A stretch of DNA of 64,000 nt from Basidiobolus meristosporus CBS 931.73 (GCA_002104905.1 MCFE01000274.1:1-64000); one strand, 5' to 3'; counted from the stretch's first letter, positions 1-13,439 are shown. Program-made: numbers and translations. Notes: generated by a model not told the origin, from the letters alone.

Positions 1-427
1 AACCATTAGCTAGAGACAAGTTTGAATATCTTAGGTCAAAATTAGGACTAGTCAGTATGAGCATTTAGCTGAGTGGGAGTGTTGTGAAAATTCATATTTC
101 CACCTAAATATTCACCTAACTTAGTCACTTAGATCATTACCTTCAAATCCTAGAAAATACTGACCAAATTCCTTGTCAGGATTTACTTAGAATATTTTCA
201 CCAAAATACCAGGTACCCAGAATATGAAAGCTCTCAAAGTTGTCCAAACAGCCCCAAACCTTGCACACATGTTCTTGGGACCTTCCTTAACCTATTCTGC
301 ATGTTTGTAATGCCAAGACCAGGTAAAGTATATATACTACTTCTACATTCAACAAATCATTAAGTGAAAACTACATAATCTAATTGTCCTCTCAATCACT
401 TCCAATATCTCCAAGACTCTTACAACA
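1..427 (+). mobile_element. 3' end of a Ty1/copia element: RNase H tail, PPT and 3' LTR (80-427)
   Basis: KPLARDKFEYLRSKLG tail ends at 68, then purine tract GAGTGGGAG, then a 348-bp TGTTGT...TTACAACA LTR matching other copies in the window. Confidence 0.9.
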
Positions 428-902
428 GTATACGATTGGGTAGAAGTCCAACTTTTTATGCTAGAACCAAGCACATAGATATTAGACATCATTTCATATG
501 TGAAGCTATAGAGAATAACTTAGTTAGCTTAGTTTACTGTCCTACAGATGAAATGATTGCAGAAATATTTACTAAACCATTAGCTAGAGACAAGTTTGAA
601 TATCTTAGGTCAAAATTAGGACTAGTCAGTATGAACACTTAGCTAAGTGAGAGTGATGTAAAAATTTGTAATTCCACCTATATATTCACCTAACTTAGTC
701 ACCTATATCATTACCTTCAAATCCTAGGGAATACTGACCAAATACCTTGTTGGGATTTACTTGGAATATTTTCACAAATATATCCAGTACACAGAACATG
801 AAAATTCTCAAAGTTGTCCAAATAGCCCAAAAATTTGCACACATGGTCTTGGGACCTTCCTTAACCTATCCTACATGTTTGTAATGCCAAGACCATGTAA
901 AA
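428..902 (+). mobile_element. Host copia 3' end (RNase H fragment, PPT, 5' part of LTR 654-902), interrupted by a DNA transposon
   Basis: ORF 436-642 has TKHIDIRHHFI...IFTKPL, typical of copia RNase H. The LTR resumes at 4336. Confidence 0.85.
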
Positions 903-1085
903 AGACTTGTTCTGTTGGATAGTGCCACATAGTGTCAGCCTGTTTATGGTGCCAGATTCATCTGGCACTCTATGGCACTATCTGGCACTATAATTTCTAC
1001 CATGATGCCAGTGGTATGATACAGTTACTGGTAATTTTACTCAATCTTACCTATGTTGCTCAGAATAGTGCTTTCCTTGCTTTAT

Positions 1086-2012
1086 TTACTCTTCATAATG
1101 CTCCAGATACATTTCTCTCAGTGGATGTCTTCTTGTATGAGCATACTGTGCATTAATAAGTATCTTAACTATTTTACCTATCCTGCTGTTTTCTCCTATA
1201 TATGACTTTCCTCTGTATTTACCTGCCAATATGCTGAATCTCTTCAGATATCCAAATGTGCGCTCTACCCTTACTCTGAAATGATTAAATATCTCATTGT
1301 AGATCTTCTGCTTCCTGCTAAGCACACCATTCCTTGGCTTCCTATAAGCTGTAATACATCCTAATATCTGACAATCCTCTCCTATATAGGCTAAGTCTGC
1401 CATACATTTCTCCCCTCTACTGAATTCAGGATGATTCTCTACCCAGAGTGCTTTGTCACGCCTACTTCCAGCAAATGGCCCACTAAACCAGATGATGTTA
1501 CCCTCAATGTCAGACAGTGCTTGAAACTTCACACAGTGTGCCTTGTACTTGCCAGAATAAAAGTGCCTCTGCCCTCTAGAAGGTCTGTTAATCCTCACTG
1601 GGAAGGTATCCAGAATACTCCTGATATGGAACCTGTTGCTGAACACTCTGGGATATGGGAGTCTATTGGAGCTTCTGAACCTAGTATTCCAAGCTTGCTC
1701 TAAGTCATTCATACCCTCTGCAAGGTGGTTCTCCATTGCTGTCAGCTGGTAATGAAAGCTTCTAGGACTTTTGTTGTCATGGATGGTGGGATGAAACCTT
1801 GTAGGGCAATAGTTCTTGTAATAGCAGAGAAGCTTAACAAGGGATCTCCTTGAGTAGATTGGGGCTGATGGTCCACAGTACTTGGAATAGATCTCCTCTA
1901 GTGTGTCAAAAGGAAATCCAGTGTTAGTGATGGGATTGATGAGAAAAGACCATTCAGATGAGTAAGTCATATTAAAATTGATGGATGATTGTATGGAGGC
2001 GGTTTGAATCAA
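1086..2012 (-). CDS. DDE_Tnp_4-type (Harbinger/ISL2/IS5-like) transposase; first ATG at 1970
   Basis: Motifs ILDTFPVRINRP, FYSGKYKAHCVKFQ, FSGPFAGSRRD, ADLAYIG, YNEIFNHFRVRVERTFGYLKRF; uninterrupted ORF. Confidence 0.9.
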   Translation of the reverse strand: MIQTASIQSSINFNMTYSSEWSFLINPITNTGFPFDTLEEIYSKYCGPSAPIYSRRSLVKLLCYYKNYCPTRFHPTIHDNKSPRSFHYQLTAMENHLAEGMNDLEQAWNTRFRSSNRLPYPRVFSNRFHIRSILDTFPVRINRPSRGQRHFYSGKYKAHCVKFQALSDIEGNIIWFSGPFAGSRRDKALWVENHPEFSRGEKCMADLAYIGEDCQILGCITAYRKPRNGVLSRKQKIYNEIFNHFRVRVERTFGYLKRFSILAGKYRGKSYIGENSRIGKIVKILINAQYAHTRRHPLREMYLEHYEE

Positions 2013-2563
2013 TTTGGCGTAATCTTTGTTATTTATCTGATTTTTGATATATTATGGTTAAATCTCCATCAGTTGCCATGTATCCCATCATTATGTTGCA
2101 AAAATCATCTGCAAACAATGCCTTGGTACTTTTATTGATGCTTTAATCATAGGTCTATAATCAAATAGGAAATCTGCAATTGATGTGATCTGATCCATGT
2201 CAACGCAATCCAAGATGCATCATGCATAATACATGGAAAATTCAACAATCACATTAGTTTTCATATATATTTCATATAAGACCAGGTTGATGCCAATATA
2301 CTGCTGTATAAGTATCCAAATCCATTGCTATGGTCCCCATACCAAGCCTCAACTCATCTTTAGTACAACCCAGACAAAACCTGTCCCCCAGCTCACAAGC
2401 ACGGTCCAGACCGGAAAAGTCAATGTTGGAACCGTTCAAGTTCTTGCCAAATGATTTTTGTATGGCCTAAGTGTCTATGATGAGCCTTCATACAGATATT
2501 TGGGCACTACTGATTTATCTAGCAGAACTAGATACCTCAGAGAGTTGACAAAGATGGAAGAAT

Positions 2564-3592
2564 TTGAGTAGAAAGCTGTGGCACAAGTTCTACATCAAGA
2601 AGCCAGCCAATGTATGTAAAAAGATATATAACAAGACAAGTATTGAAATCAAGAATGAGCTGAGAGTGAGGGGATTTGACAAAGAAGCCGTGCTGGAACA
2701 ATTTCACATGCAATTTGCACAGTACAGGCCTGACACGTCCGTTTGTGCCTCAACTTTGGGAACCAAAGAGATTTTGAATGAGTTTTTGCCTCAAATGACT
2801 AATGTACTACGTGATATATTAGTAGAGCTAAGTGGCTTCCAAGTGTAATATACACAGGACTCATCCAGGCAACAGCTCCAAAGTATCAGACAGAGGGTTA
2901 GTGAATACCTTGAGGAATCAAATGGTGAGCTTCCGGAGGAAGAATACAGACCGCAAGCAACATTGTCCAGATTGCGCCAGCATGCCTTGCTGGATTCCCT
3001 ACCATCTCTTGCAACCACAGCGCACTGGTGCACGTCAGTCCAGACCACGCCAACACCCTTTACCAGAACGCCCCGCATTGAGTCAACGCACATTGAGTCA
3101 ACGTGCATCAGGTCAACGCGTGCGCTTCAGAGCAAAACTACAAGAACTTGCCAAACTGCTCATTTAGATACAAGTCCATTGGAGCAGACCAAGTTGCATC
3201 AACATGCAGCATCACATCAAACTCAGCCAAGGGCCATCTCAACGTGTCAAGGCACGCCTGCACATGCCATTTTGCCTGACCATCAGCAAGTTACTTCTGG
3301 TGAACTGACTGATGATGACCAACATGAAGTGCCTCAACCACCAGAGCCCTTGGCAAGTAAAAGAACGCGCCAGCGCGTGGCACTACAGGCCGGTTCAGTT
3401 GGTTCAGTTGGAGCAATTCAGCGCGGTCAAGCTGCAGCATTGCACTCATCAACTAGGAGGCAAAATACTGACTACAAATACACAAGTAGCCAAGATGATA
3501 GTCAGCCAGGAAGTAGTATAGGTGTGCAAAGTGAGTCACTACCAAATGCTTCAGTAGTAGTCCCTGTGAGAAAAAAACCCAGGAGAAGATGA
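2564..3592 (+). pseudogene. Second ORF of the PHIS element, unknown function, interrupted by premature stops
   Basis: ORFs 2564-2848 and 2963-3592 share one frame. The TAA at 2846-2848 aligns with CAA in the second copy (~21375). Ends in basic RKKPRRR. Confidence 0.65.
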
Positions 3593-4335
3593 TGTGATTG
3601 CTTTGAATCGTTCACACTTGTAATGATCCCAACAACCCTTTTTTTTTGCGATCCAAATCAAGCCATCGCAAATCAGTGATCATCAAATTTTTGATATAAG
3701 TAATATCAAGGTCTTCTCACATTTGAGACAGAACCCCTATAAATAAACACCCTGCATATATATACATCATCTGTAATACCAGTGCAGCTATTGGATCTGT
3801 TTTGCACCTACATGATTGCTTGCGTGCTAGCTATGACACCTTGTCCAATCACTAGGATCAGGGATTTACTTGCTCAAAGGGCAAAATGGGATATTTGATG
3901 GCAAATCAGGTAGCTTTTTTAGTAGTCAATGGGCCAATTGGGGGCTGCCAGCTTCAGGATACTTTTGGACCAATTAACCACTGAGATACCATCCAATTGG
4001 AGTGAGTGTTACCAGAATGGTAAGTATCAGTGTAGTTTATTGTGTGATACAAATTTATTTCCATATACATTAAAGAAACATATCCAAATACCGGATTTTA
4101 CCTGCCATAATAGCGGTATCCAATTGCGCACGTGATGCAAACATTACAAGTTGGTGCAATCATCCGTGCCAACCTCATTGTGTCAGATTGTGCCTTAGTG
4201 TGCAAGATTGTCCCGCATAGTGCAAAATTGTCCAAGAACAATCCTGCCTTCTGGTAGCTATAATATCGCGCCCAATTGTTCTTTACAACCACAGATTGCA
4301 CCACTTGCCCTGGCACGGTATGATGGAACAAGTCT

Positions 4336-4439
4336 AAAGTATAAGTACTACTTTTACATTCAATAAATGATTGAGTGAAAACCGCATAATCAAATTGTCA
4401 TCCCAAATCACCTCCAATATCTCCAAGACTCTTACAACA
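4336..4439 (+). repeat. 3' remainder of the copia LTR split by the PHIS element
   Basis: AAAGTATAAGTACTAC...CTCTTACAACA continues the LTR broken at 902. Confidence 0.85.
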
Positions 4440-5152
4440 GAATCTACTGTAAATGAAGTATTCAGTCCAAAGAAAGCTACTGCTACTTAAAGAAGACAAC
4501 AATGACCATTCTAGATTATTCTAGTAGATCTAAATCACTAAACAGATGTGGTTGAAGTGTGAGCAGGCCATCCTAGCACAGAGCTGCGCAAAAGCCTTTT
4601 TTTGGCCATGTAATATGTGCTGTAACACCAGGAAATGAGGATAATCCGGATCAGACATCAATGATAAAACCATAACTTGGCTCAATATAGGTCATTTCTT
4701 TTACCGCATATATATTCTATATGATGGAAGTAACTGTCCCTGAGCTTAATGTGGATATAAAGTGAGGTTGTCTAAATGAATTAGACTGTTGACTGAAAAT
4801 AAGGAAACTTCAGATCTGCTGTAAGTGACAAAACATTAACTTGACCAAAAGTGGGTCAATTTATCATTATTACAATTTGACAATTAGACTCACATCAATA
4901 TTCATGCCTGTACAACTGATCATGGCTAATGATTAGTATTTTGGTTAGATCAGTCCAATTTTTAGGCATACCATCAGGTAGATATGCACATTGAATTGCA
5001 AGTTTCTGGTTCAAGTAAGTTGAACACAAATGCATATACCGTTGGATAATGTATTAGTCCAGTATGCAACACAGTTAAATCTTATACACATTTTACAGAT
5101 TGCACACTTAAAATATGTATTTATTACTGATGAATATTAAGTTGAGTGGGAG
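4440..5152 (+). pseudogene. Heavily decayed copia pol 3' remnant ending in a PPT
   Basis: Weak RNase H-like residue pattern near 4890-4960; GAGTGGGAG directly before the LTR at 5153. Confidence 0.4.
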
Positions 5153-8100
5153 TGTTATAATTAGTGAGTTATCACCTAGATATTCATGTAAGCTTGGTCA
5201 CATAGATCTTATTATCTGATTAGCATTCTGTCCTCACCAAAATACTACTTTTACATTCAATAAGTCATTAAGTAAAAAACACATAATCTACCTGTTCTAC
5301 TAATCACTTCCAGTATCTCCAAGACTCTTACAACAGGCTATGAGCCCCAAGCTGTCACTCTCTGCAATGTCTACTACTGCTATTACTGGAATTTTTCCCC
5401 CTGCTGAAAAGTTGGATGGATCTAAATACCAAGTGTGGAAGGTGAAGATGAAGATGCTGCTACAAGAAAGAGGCCTTTGGGATATTATCATGGGAGAAGA
5501 ATGCCCTCCTATAAACATGGGAGAGGAAGCCTTAAAGTACCAGAAGAAAGAACAAAGTGCCTTTAACTTCATTTGCCTTAATGTTAAGGACATATTGCTA
5601 ATTCAATGTTCAAGAGCAAAAATGGCAAGGAATGCTGGGTAGGCATTAGAAGACACCTACCAGTCATGTTCAGCTGCTAAGAAAATATATCTGAGACAAA
5701 AATTCTTTACTACAAAGATGCCGCCAGGAGAGGAAATGAAAAATCTAATTAACAGAATTACCATGCTGGTAGATGAAATGGAATCTGTAGGTGTACCAAC
5801 TACTGATGAGGATGTGATAGCTACCATCCTGAATAGCCTGACAGACAAGATTCTGGGTCTTGTATCAGCCCTAGATTCCAGAACTGAAGATTTGACATTA
5901 AATTACGTATATGCAAGGCTCCTGGATGAAGAATTAAGAAAATCAAGCACCAATAAGAAAGAAGAAGAAAATGCTTTAATAAGTATGATAACCAACAAAG
6001 GCTGTAACCAAAAGCCTACAAAGGCAACAGCAACCTGTTTTGTAACTACTGCAAAAGGAAAGGACACACATGCAAACAGTGCTTCACAAATAAAGATAGT
6101 CAGCAGAAAAAGCCTGAATATGGAAATGCTGCAACAATTGAAGCAAGACTATTCATATCTGAACTAAATATGACCACAAACAAGGATTCTCAGACATGAT
6201 GTATTGACTCTGGAGCATCTCAACACTTTACACACCAAAAAGAATTTTTACCCAATATCAGGAAATTCCAATTAAGAAGGTTTTCATGGGCAACAATAGA
6301 ACACTTGATGCATTGGGAGAAGTAGCTATCCAAGTAAACCTAAGAAGTAGTGAAGGAAGTCATACACTGACTTTCAAAGAAGTACTCTATGTACCAGAAG
6401 TAGCCAAGATCCTACTCTCTGTAAGCAATGCCACTGCAGAAGGACTCAGTTTCAGCTTTGACAATTCTGGATGCAAGATCACCAATCAAATTGATGCCTG
6501 TAGTGCTTTGGGTATCAGAAATCAGAATCTTTACAGATTGACCTGTATTACATCATATTTGGAAGCCAATATAGGTAACTTAAACAAAGAAACACCAATG
6601 CTTTGGCACAGGAGATTTGGGCACATCAATTTTGATTATTTGCACAAAATGATCAAAGATCAGCTAATTTCTGGAATAAAAATTTATCCCCCAGCTAATC
6701 TGGAGCACTATGAAGCCTGCATATATGGGAAACAAGCCAGACAACTGTTCAAGAGCTCTGGGCTAATCAAAACTAAGCAAAAACTAGATCTAATTCACTC
6801 AGATTTGTATGGACCTATGCAAAATTTATCCTTAGGCAGGATGAAGTGTTCAAGTACTTTATTGATGATTATATAAGATGCACATGAATCTACTTCAAGA
6901 AGAGAAAGGAATTAGCTCTGTGTAAGTTCTGCAAGTTTAAATCCATGGTGGAGAGAGAAACTGGTGAAAAAATTGAGAAAATATGCTCTGAGAATGGTGG
7001 AGAATACACCTCCAAACTCTTCATCCACTTCTACAAAATTCATGGGATAAAGCAAGAGACCACTGTACCATAGTCCCCACAGCAAAATGGAGTAGCAGAA
7101 CATGCTAACAGAATAATAATTGCTCTGGCAAGATCTATGATCCATCATCATCAGTTATCCTATGATTTTTGGGTGGAAACAGTTGCCACTGCTGTATATC
7201 TTAAAAACAGGAGTTATAACAGAACACTTTGTGATTCTACTCCATTTGAAGCATGGTATGAATACAGACCAAGTGCAGAGCATCTAAGAATATTTGGGTT
7301 TACAGCATATGCCAAGAAACTGCCTAGAAATCAGTCAAAATTTGAGCAAAAAGTGTAAGATTCATATTTTTGGGCTACTGCAATGAGAGTAAGTCATACA
7401 GACTCTACAATACCAAAGCAAAGATGCTAATCCACTCCAGGAATGTGTTGTTTGATTAAAATTCAAGATTTTTACAACAAATGACATCAGATGATGACAA
7501 GAATCTGATCTTGAGTCCACCAGTTGTCAGGATTGAATCAGAGCAAAAAATATGTTTTTTGCACTCCAGAGCATGCTACAACTATGGTTCAGCCAGAATC
7601 AGTGCCCAGGTCTATCCCAGAAGTGATCATTTAGTATCAAATGCCCAGATATCCAATTGGACAAGAAATAGCCCAAATTACTATATCAGTGAGGATACAA
7701 ACTTGCTTATGCCTATTCAGTCCATATTGATGAGCCCAAGATGTAAAAGAGGCCCGAAATAGCCCTCAGATGAGGTTTTGCAGATCTGCAATGACTGAGA
7801 AATATCAGGCCCTGATGGAAAATCAAACTTGAGACTTAGTCAAATTACTAATCAACCAAAAATCAGTTGGATGCAGATGGATCTTCAAGACAAAATACAA
7901 GGCTGATGGTACAGTTGAAAGATACAAAGCAAGACTTAGGGCCAAAGAATACTCCCAAACAAAAGTACTTGAATATACTGAGACCTTTGCACCGGTATCC
8001 AAGTTTAACTCCATTAGATTGATATTGGCTATTGCAGCCAAATATTAGCTTTTTATTCATTAAATGGACGTAAAGGCTACATTTTTGAATGGAGAACTTG

Positions 8101-9660
8101 ATGAGGATGTGTATATGCGCCAGCCTGATGGGTTTGTTGACCAAGATAACCCCCATTTGGTCTGCAAGCTTAAAAAGTCACTATATGGTCTCAAACAATC
8201 ACCAAGAGCCTGGAATTAAAAGATAGATTCTTATTTGGAATCTTTGAGTTTCAAAAGGAGTAATGCTGCACATATTATATACTAAACGCCAGAATGAGCA
8301 AGTCCAGTTCTATTAGCTTTATATGTGGATGATCTTATTATAGCCACCAATAACCTAGCAACATTGGAAGTGACTAAATACAACCTATCTAAAGAGTTCA
8401 AGATGTCTGGTCTAGGAGAACTCAGCTACTACTTAGTAATTAAGTTCTCCATAGACAGAAGTACCTAGACCATTACCTTAAGCCAATCCAAGTATATTCA
8501 AGATATACCAAAGAAGTACTAAATGAAAGACTGTAAACCGGCAGCTACCCTAATGAAGACAAACATTAACTTTGTCAAAACTCAACCAAATCAAGAGAGC
8601 TTGGTGCCATCTGAAAGCCCTGACTTTCCTTATCAATCTTTGGTTGGCAGTCTGATGTATATTATGCATGGAACACATTCAAATATCCCATATTCATTGG
8701 GAGTTGTCAGCCAACATAATCAGAACTATGGATCTGATCATATTGCAGCAGTTAGCAGATTTTTAGATACCTAAAAGGAGCTACTGATATCTGCTTAATA
8801 TACACTGATAAGGATTCAAAACAGGATCTTGTGGGATACTCTGATGCAGATTGAGGACTAAATTTGGAAGACAGAAGATCCGTCACAGGATACACCTTCC
8901 ATTACTATAAAGGAGCAATTTCATGGAATTCAAGAAAGAAACCAACTGTAGCACTTTCTACCACAGAGGCAGAGTACATGGCAGCCTGTGAAGCTACAAA
9001 AGTAGCATTGTGGCTAAGAGAGCTTTTTACAGGTTCAGGCCTATGTGAAAAAGCTCCTATTACTTTATTTCAAGATAATCAAGGATGTATACAATTAGGT
9101 AGAACTCCAACTTCTCACACTAGAACCAAGCACTTAGATATTAGACATCATTTCATACATGAAGCTATAGAGAATAACTTAGTTAGCTTAGTTTACTGTC
9201 CTACAGATGAAATAATTGCGGACATATTTACCAAACCATTAGCTAGAGACAAGTTTGAATATCTTAGGTCAAAATTAGGACTAGTCAGTATGCACACTTA
9301 GCTAAGTGAGAGTGTTGTAAAAATTTGTAATTCCACCTAAATATTAACCTAACTTAGTCACTTGGATCATTACCTTCAAATCCAAGAGAATACTGGCCAA
9401 ATTTCTTGTCAGGATTTACTTACAATATTTTCACCAAAATACCAGGAACCTAAAACATGAAAATTGTCAAAGTTGTCCAAACAGCCCCAAACTTTGCATA
9501 CATGTACTTGGGACCGTCCTTGAGCTATTCTATGTGCTTTAAAGCCCAAACTATGTAAAAGTATAAATACTACTTTTACATTTAATAAATCATTAAGTTA
9601 AGACCACATAATCTACTTGTTCATCCAATCACTTTAAGTATCTCCAAGACTCTTACTACA
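5153..9660 (+). mobile_element. Near full-length degenerate Ty1/copia element: deleted 5' LTR 5153-5335, PBS 5336-5348, gag-PR-IN-RT-RH, 3' LTR 9313-9660
   Basis: KLDGSKYQVWKVKMK (gag), LWHRRFGHIN, LIHSDLYGP (IN), RT and RNase H motifs spread over frameshifted ORFs 5340-9301. Confidence 0.92.
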
Positions 9661-12290
9661 GTCTGTCAGTGGGATCTCCACTCTGTCAACAATGGAGGAT
9701 GTGGAGGTTGTGGTAGACAAATTTCCTTTTTCAGCAAACTCATCTACCTTGCTGGAGTAAAGCTCAACTAGCTGCGCTTCCAACTCTTGTGAAAACAGCT
9801 GTTTTCTTGTTGGTAATTTTTCTTGGCTATGATGGGATTCAGTCTGTTCCTGGCTTGTGGCATTAATTGGCAAGAACTGCAGTTCTCTTTGCATGCCTCC
9901 CTGTCTCAGGTTTGGGTAGACATTTTCCCTTTATCTTTTCCTTTATCACTGCCAGGTCCTTCACTGCTACTTTGTCTGGGTGCTTCTTGAGTGGTACTAC
10001 GCTTTTTCCTTGATAAATGTTGTGCTGGTGCATCTGTGTCTGCCTGCTTGTCCCCAATTGGCACTCTTCCAGCTACCTGACATCTCTTTGATGCTTGTCT
10101 GAAGCTTTTGGCCCTGCTTGTAACTGGCTCTTGAGGAAGCCTCTGGTTTTTAGCCATGGCACCTTTGTTCTTCTGCCTTTGATAGTTTCTGCTATTCTTA
10201 AGATACATTCATAGCATACCAATGCTGGCCCAAGATCTGTTTGCCTGTATGAATCCAGGATAATGCTATTCAAACAAGTCAAGAGCATTCTGCTTGACCT
10301 TGAGTTCCTAATAGTCCCATGGTATGCCGGCCTTAAGGTGATGGCATGCTAGGTTTGGTATAAGTACTGCACTGTTTCCCTTCCATGCTGTGATAGGTTT
10401 TTCTGTGGACTTTATCTTTGCGCACTGTTGTTGTGCTGCAAAGACTATACAGTGTTCCACTGCTGTTACATTGGGAAATGGCTCAATTCTTGGCTTTGAT
10501 ATTGAGCTACTTGAGTTCCTTCTTTGCAGCAAAGACACTGCTTTCTCTACTGAGGATATTGATTGCACTACATGTACTATTTGCTTATCCTGTCTCTGGA
10601 CTATTTTGTGAATCCTCTGGGCCGTTCCATCTATCCTATCAGCCACTGCACCTAATTGCCACATTAATGCATTGGTATGAGCTGACAACATACTTGCTAA
10701 TATGGGTGGTGATGATATTATGACAGCCACTTGCTGGTCTTCAACTGAGGGTATTGAGTTGGTTGAACTCTCATCTGCCCAAGCATAATGGCTGGCTTGC
10801 ACCTCTGCAGAGGCTCCCAATTGCCTACTTGACTGAGAGTCTCAGGAGTCCACATTATTAACTTCAATGGGCACACTGTCTGCATGGCCTTTTTAGGATG
10901 TAGCCCTGCTTGTTGCACCAAATGTCAAAACAAGCAGTTGTACAACTACTCTTTTGCTGCTTTCAGCAGTGGGGTTTAGTTGGGAACCAAGCAATTTTGC
11001 TTTATTTTTTAGTGGCATATATATGGAAGTGAGTCAAACCAAAGAGGAAATAGTGTTATAATACATGTGTATGTGGTGCTACAGCTTTATTCATAATGCT
11101 TACTATGGCAGGTCAACATTGAATCTTACATTCATGTATGTGGGATGTCTCAAATACAAGACTTTCTTGGATTCACATGAGTATTGCCCAAAAGGTGATA
11201 TAATAGGGTTACATTGTTGAAGGTCAAACTCTTTGCTCCATGGACAAGACTACTTTGACTCAACACCATAAGAGAAGAGAAAAAAGACTACATGGCTATT
11301 GTAGCAAGCATCTCAGCCATGAAGCATGCATACAGCATAGGGAGTATTTCAAGGATCATGGCCAGTGATTTGCCACCCCAGTTATATTTGACCATTCATC
11401 AGTAACTACCGTACCAATATTATCTTGCCAGCCAGTTGATACTTGCACAACTTCTATTCCTGTTACTATATTCCAAAGCTTCCTTTCCACAAGGTGGATC
11501 TGCATCTTGCTTCTCCAAAGTCTGTAGTTCTTCTCATCAAATCACTCTTTTACAGGGAAAATGTCTGTGATGTTTTGTTTGCTGGTAGTTGTCATCCAGA
11601 GATGGAATAAGGCAATTGAGGATCACTACCTGTTGCAATTTAAGAAGTGATTTGGATACAAGGAACTTATCAAGAAATAGTTATAATAGTTGAACTGTTG
11701 TTTACTAATAAAGAAGCTCTGTATTTATACCTTTGTAGAAGTAATACAGCTGTAACACTAAGTAAGGAGGGTTTCTCAATATTCAGGAGCATTCTGTAAC
11801 AGTTTCAGGGTGAGTGCGTAATAGTTAGTATTAGTGCTAATTTGATCCTGACTATAGGGGAATTTTCATAAGATCATAGATCTGAAGAAAGTGGCAAAGT
11901 TAGAGCTGTAAATTAGTCTCACAGTGACCAAGGCTAGTCCAGAATTGCTAAGTAAATTTTAAGCTGCAGAATGATACCAAATAGTCCAATATTTCAGCAT
12001 CCTAGTAGGATAACAATAAATTGCCATCATGTAAAAGTACATATTATTATCTGCATTGGAGATACCTTGCTCATCAGCAAGATAGCTGGCTTTTCTGGGC
12101 ACCATGGATTGTATTGCTGTAAAATATATGAGATTCAGGGCATTTACTCCATAACTTTAGAGTATTGCACTGTAAATATCTGGACTCCATGTAGATTTAC
12201 ATATATTTTATATCAATAGCATTCTCACACTTGAGGGGGCTTGATTCTGAGAGCTTTTTTCTCAAAGGTAGTCCCAAATGGTGGTTAACA
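9661..12290. mobile_element. Degenerate CACTA-like fragments (minus-strand ORF1, central region, transposase piece 11960-12290)
   Basis: Colinear with 46500-48400; IGDTLLISKIAGFSGHHGLYCC is a Tnp2-like motif. Confidence 0.7.
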
Positions 12291-13141
12291 GCTCCAGTAT
12301 TTGCATTCTCAGCCTTATTTTGAGCAGCAACAGAATTGGTATAATCTTCCTCTGGCAATCACTCAATAATGATCTATTTGTTTTCTTGCAGTTCATTATA
12401 ATATCTTTTCCAAAAGCTTGTCTAACAGTCAATGAGGGTCATATGAACATGTAAAGTAATATACTTCAGTATAGATCTGGACCCTCATTTGCTAGAATTA
12501 TGCAATTTTCTTTAGTAGTGGTAGAGCACCAACATACTATATTTATTGACATATAAACATGCTGGCATGATGGGCTCTACTTCATAACTGGCTTCAGTAG
12601 TTACTCAATGAGTCTTATGATGGCAAGGTCTTCTTCTCTACAGCAATATCTATATCAATATAGTTCTTTTAGCAGAGGTAGTTATGCTTAACTTCAGCAG
12701 AGAAATAGTGCAGGATGTCTTCCTCCAGACTAGCAGAAAAGGATCCAAGGCAAAGTTGACACCAAGAGGACAGCAAGCTTGGGGCACATAACCTAATGTA
12801 ATATCCTGAGGAGTATTGGAAGTGATGTGGACAACCAGCGGATTTACATGTTATTGACTTTTAGATCTATTAATCATAAGTGTGGTATTTATACTTTTGA
12901 TAAACTAGAGCAAATAAGCATATATTTTTTGTCAATAAAGGCCTCAGGAATATGTGTGCAAATTTTGGGGGCTTTTGAGTAACTTTGAGAAAGATCATAA
13001 CTGGGTACCTGATAATTTGGCAAAAATATTCTAAGTAAATCCCAACAAGAAGTTTGGTCAGGACAGAATGCTAATCAGAGAATAAGATCTTTTGGACTAA
13101 GTTAGCATCAATACTTAGGTGACAACTTAATAATTTCAACA
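12290..13141 (-). mobile_element. Copia variant 5' end: LTR 12794-13141, PBS 12781-12793, decayed gag
   Basis: 348-bp LTR homologue followed by GGTTATGTGCCCC on the minus strand. Confidence 0.75.
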
Positions 13142-13439
13142 CTTTTTAGGTATCTAAAGATACACCTAAATACTGCAATACAATCAGATCCATAGTACCA
13201 ATTGTGCTGGCTGACAACTCCCACTGATATAAGATACTTGGACATGGTCAAAGCATAGCATACATCAGACTGTCAGTCATAGGTAAGGAAAGCAACTCTG
13301 AGCTTTCAGATGACACCAAGCTCTCTTGATTTGGTTGAGTTTTGCCCAAGTTAAGGTTTGTCTCCATTGCGGTAGCTACCAATTTACAGTCATCTATTTA
13401 GAAATTCTTTAGTGCATCATAAGTATACTTGAACTGTCT

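Larger units (their letters stand above)
903..4335. mobile_element. Full-length PIF/Harbinger-IS5-like (PHIS group) DNA transposon, about 3.4 kb
   Basis: Terminal inverted repeats AGACTTGTTC / GAACAAGTCT. Rejoining the flanks restores the copia LTR with a 3-bp AAA duplication. Subterminal TGGCAC/TTGTGC repeats; encodes a DDE transposase. Confidence 0.88.
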
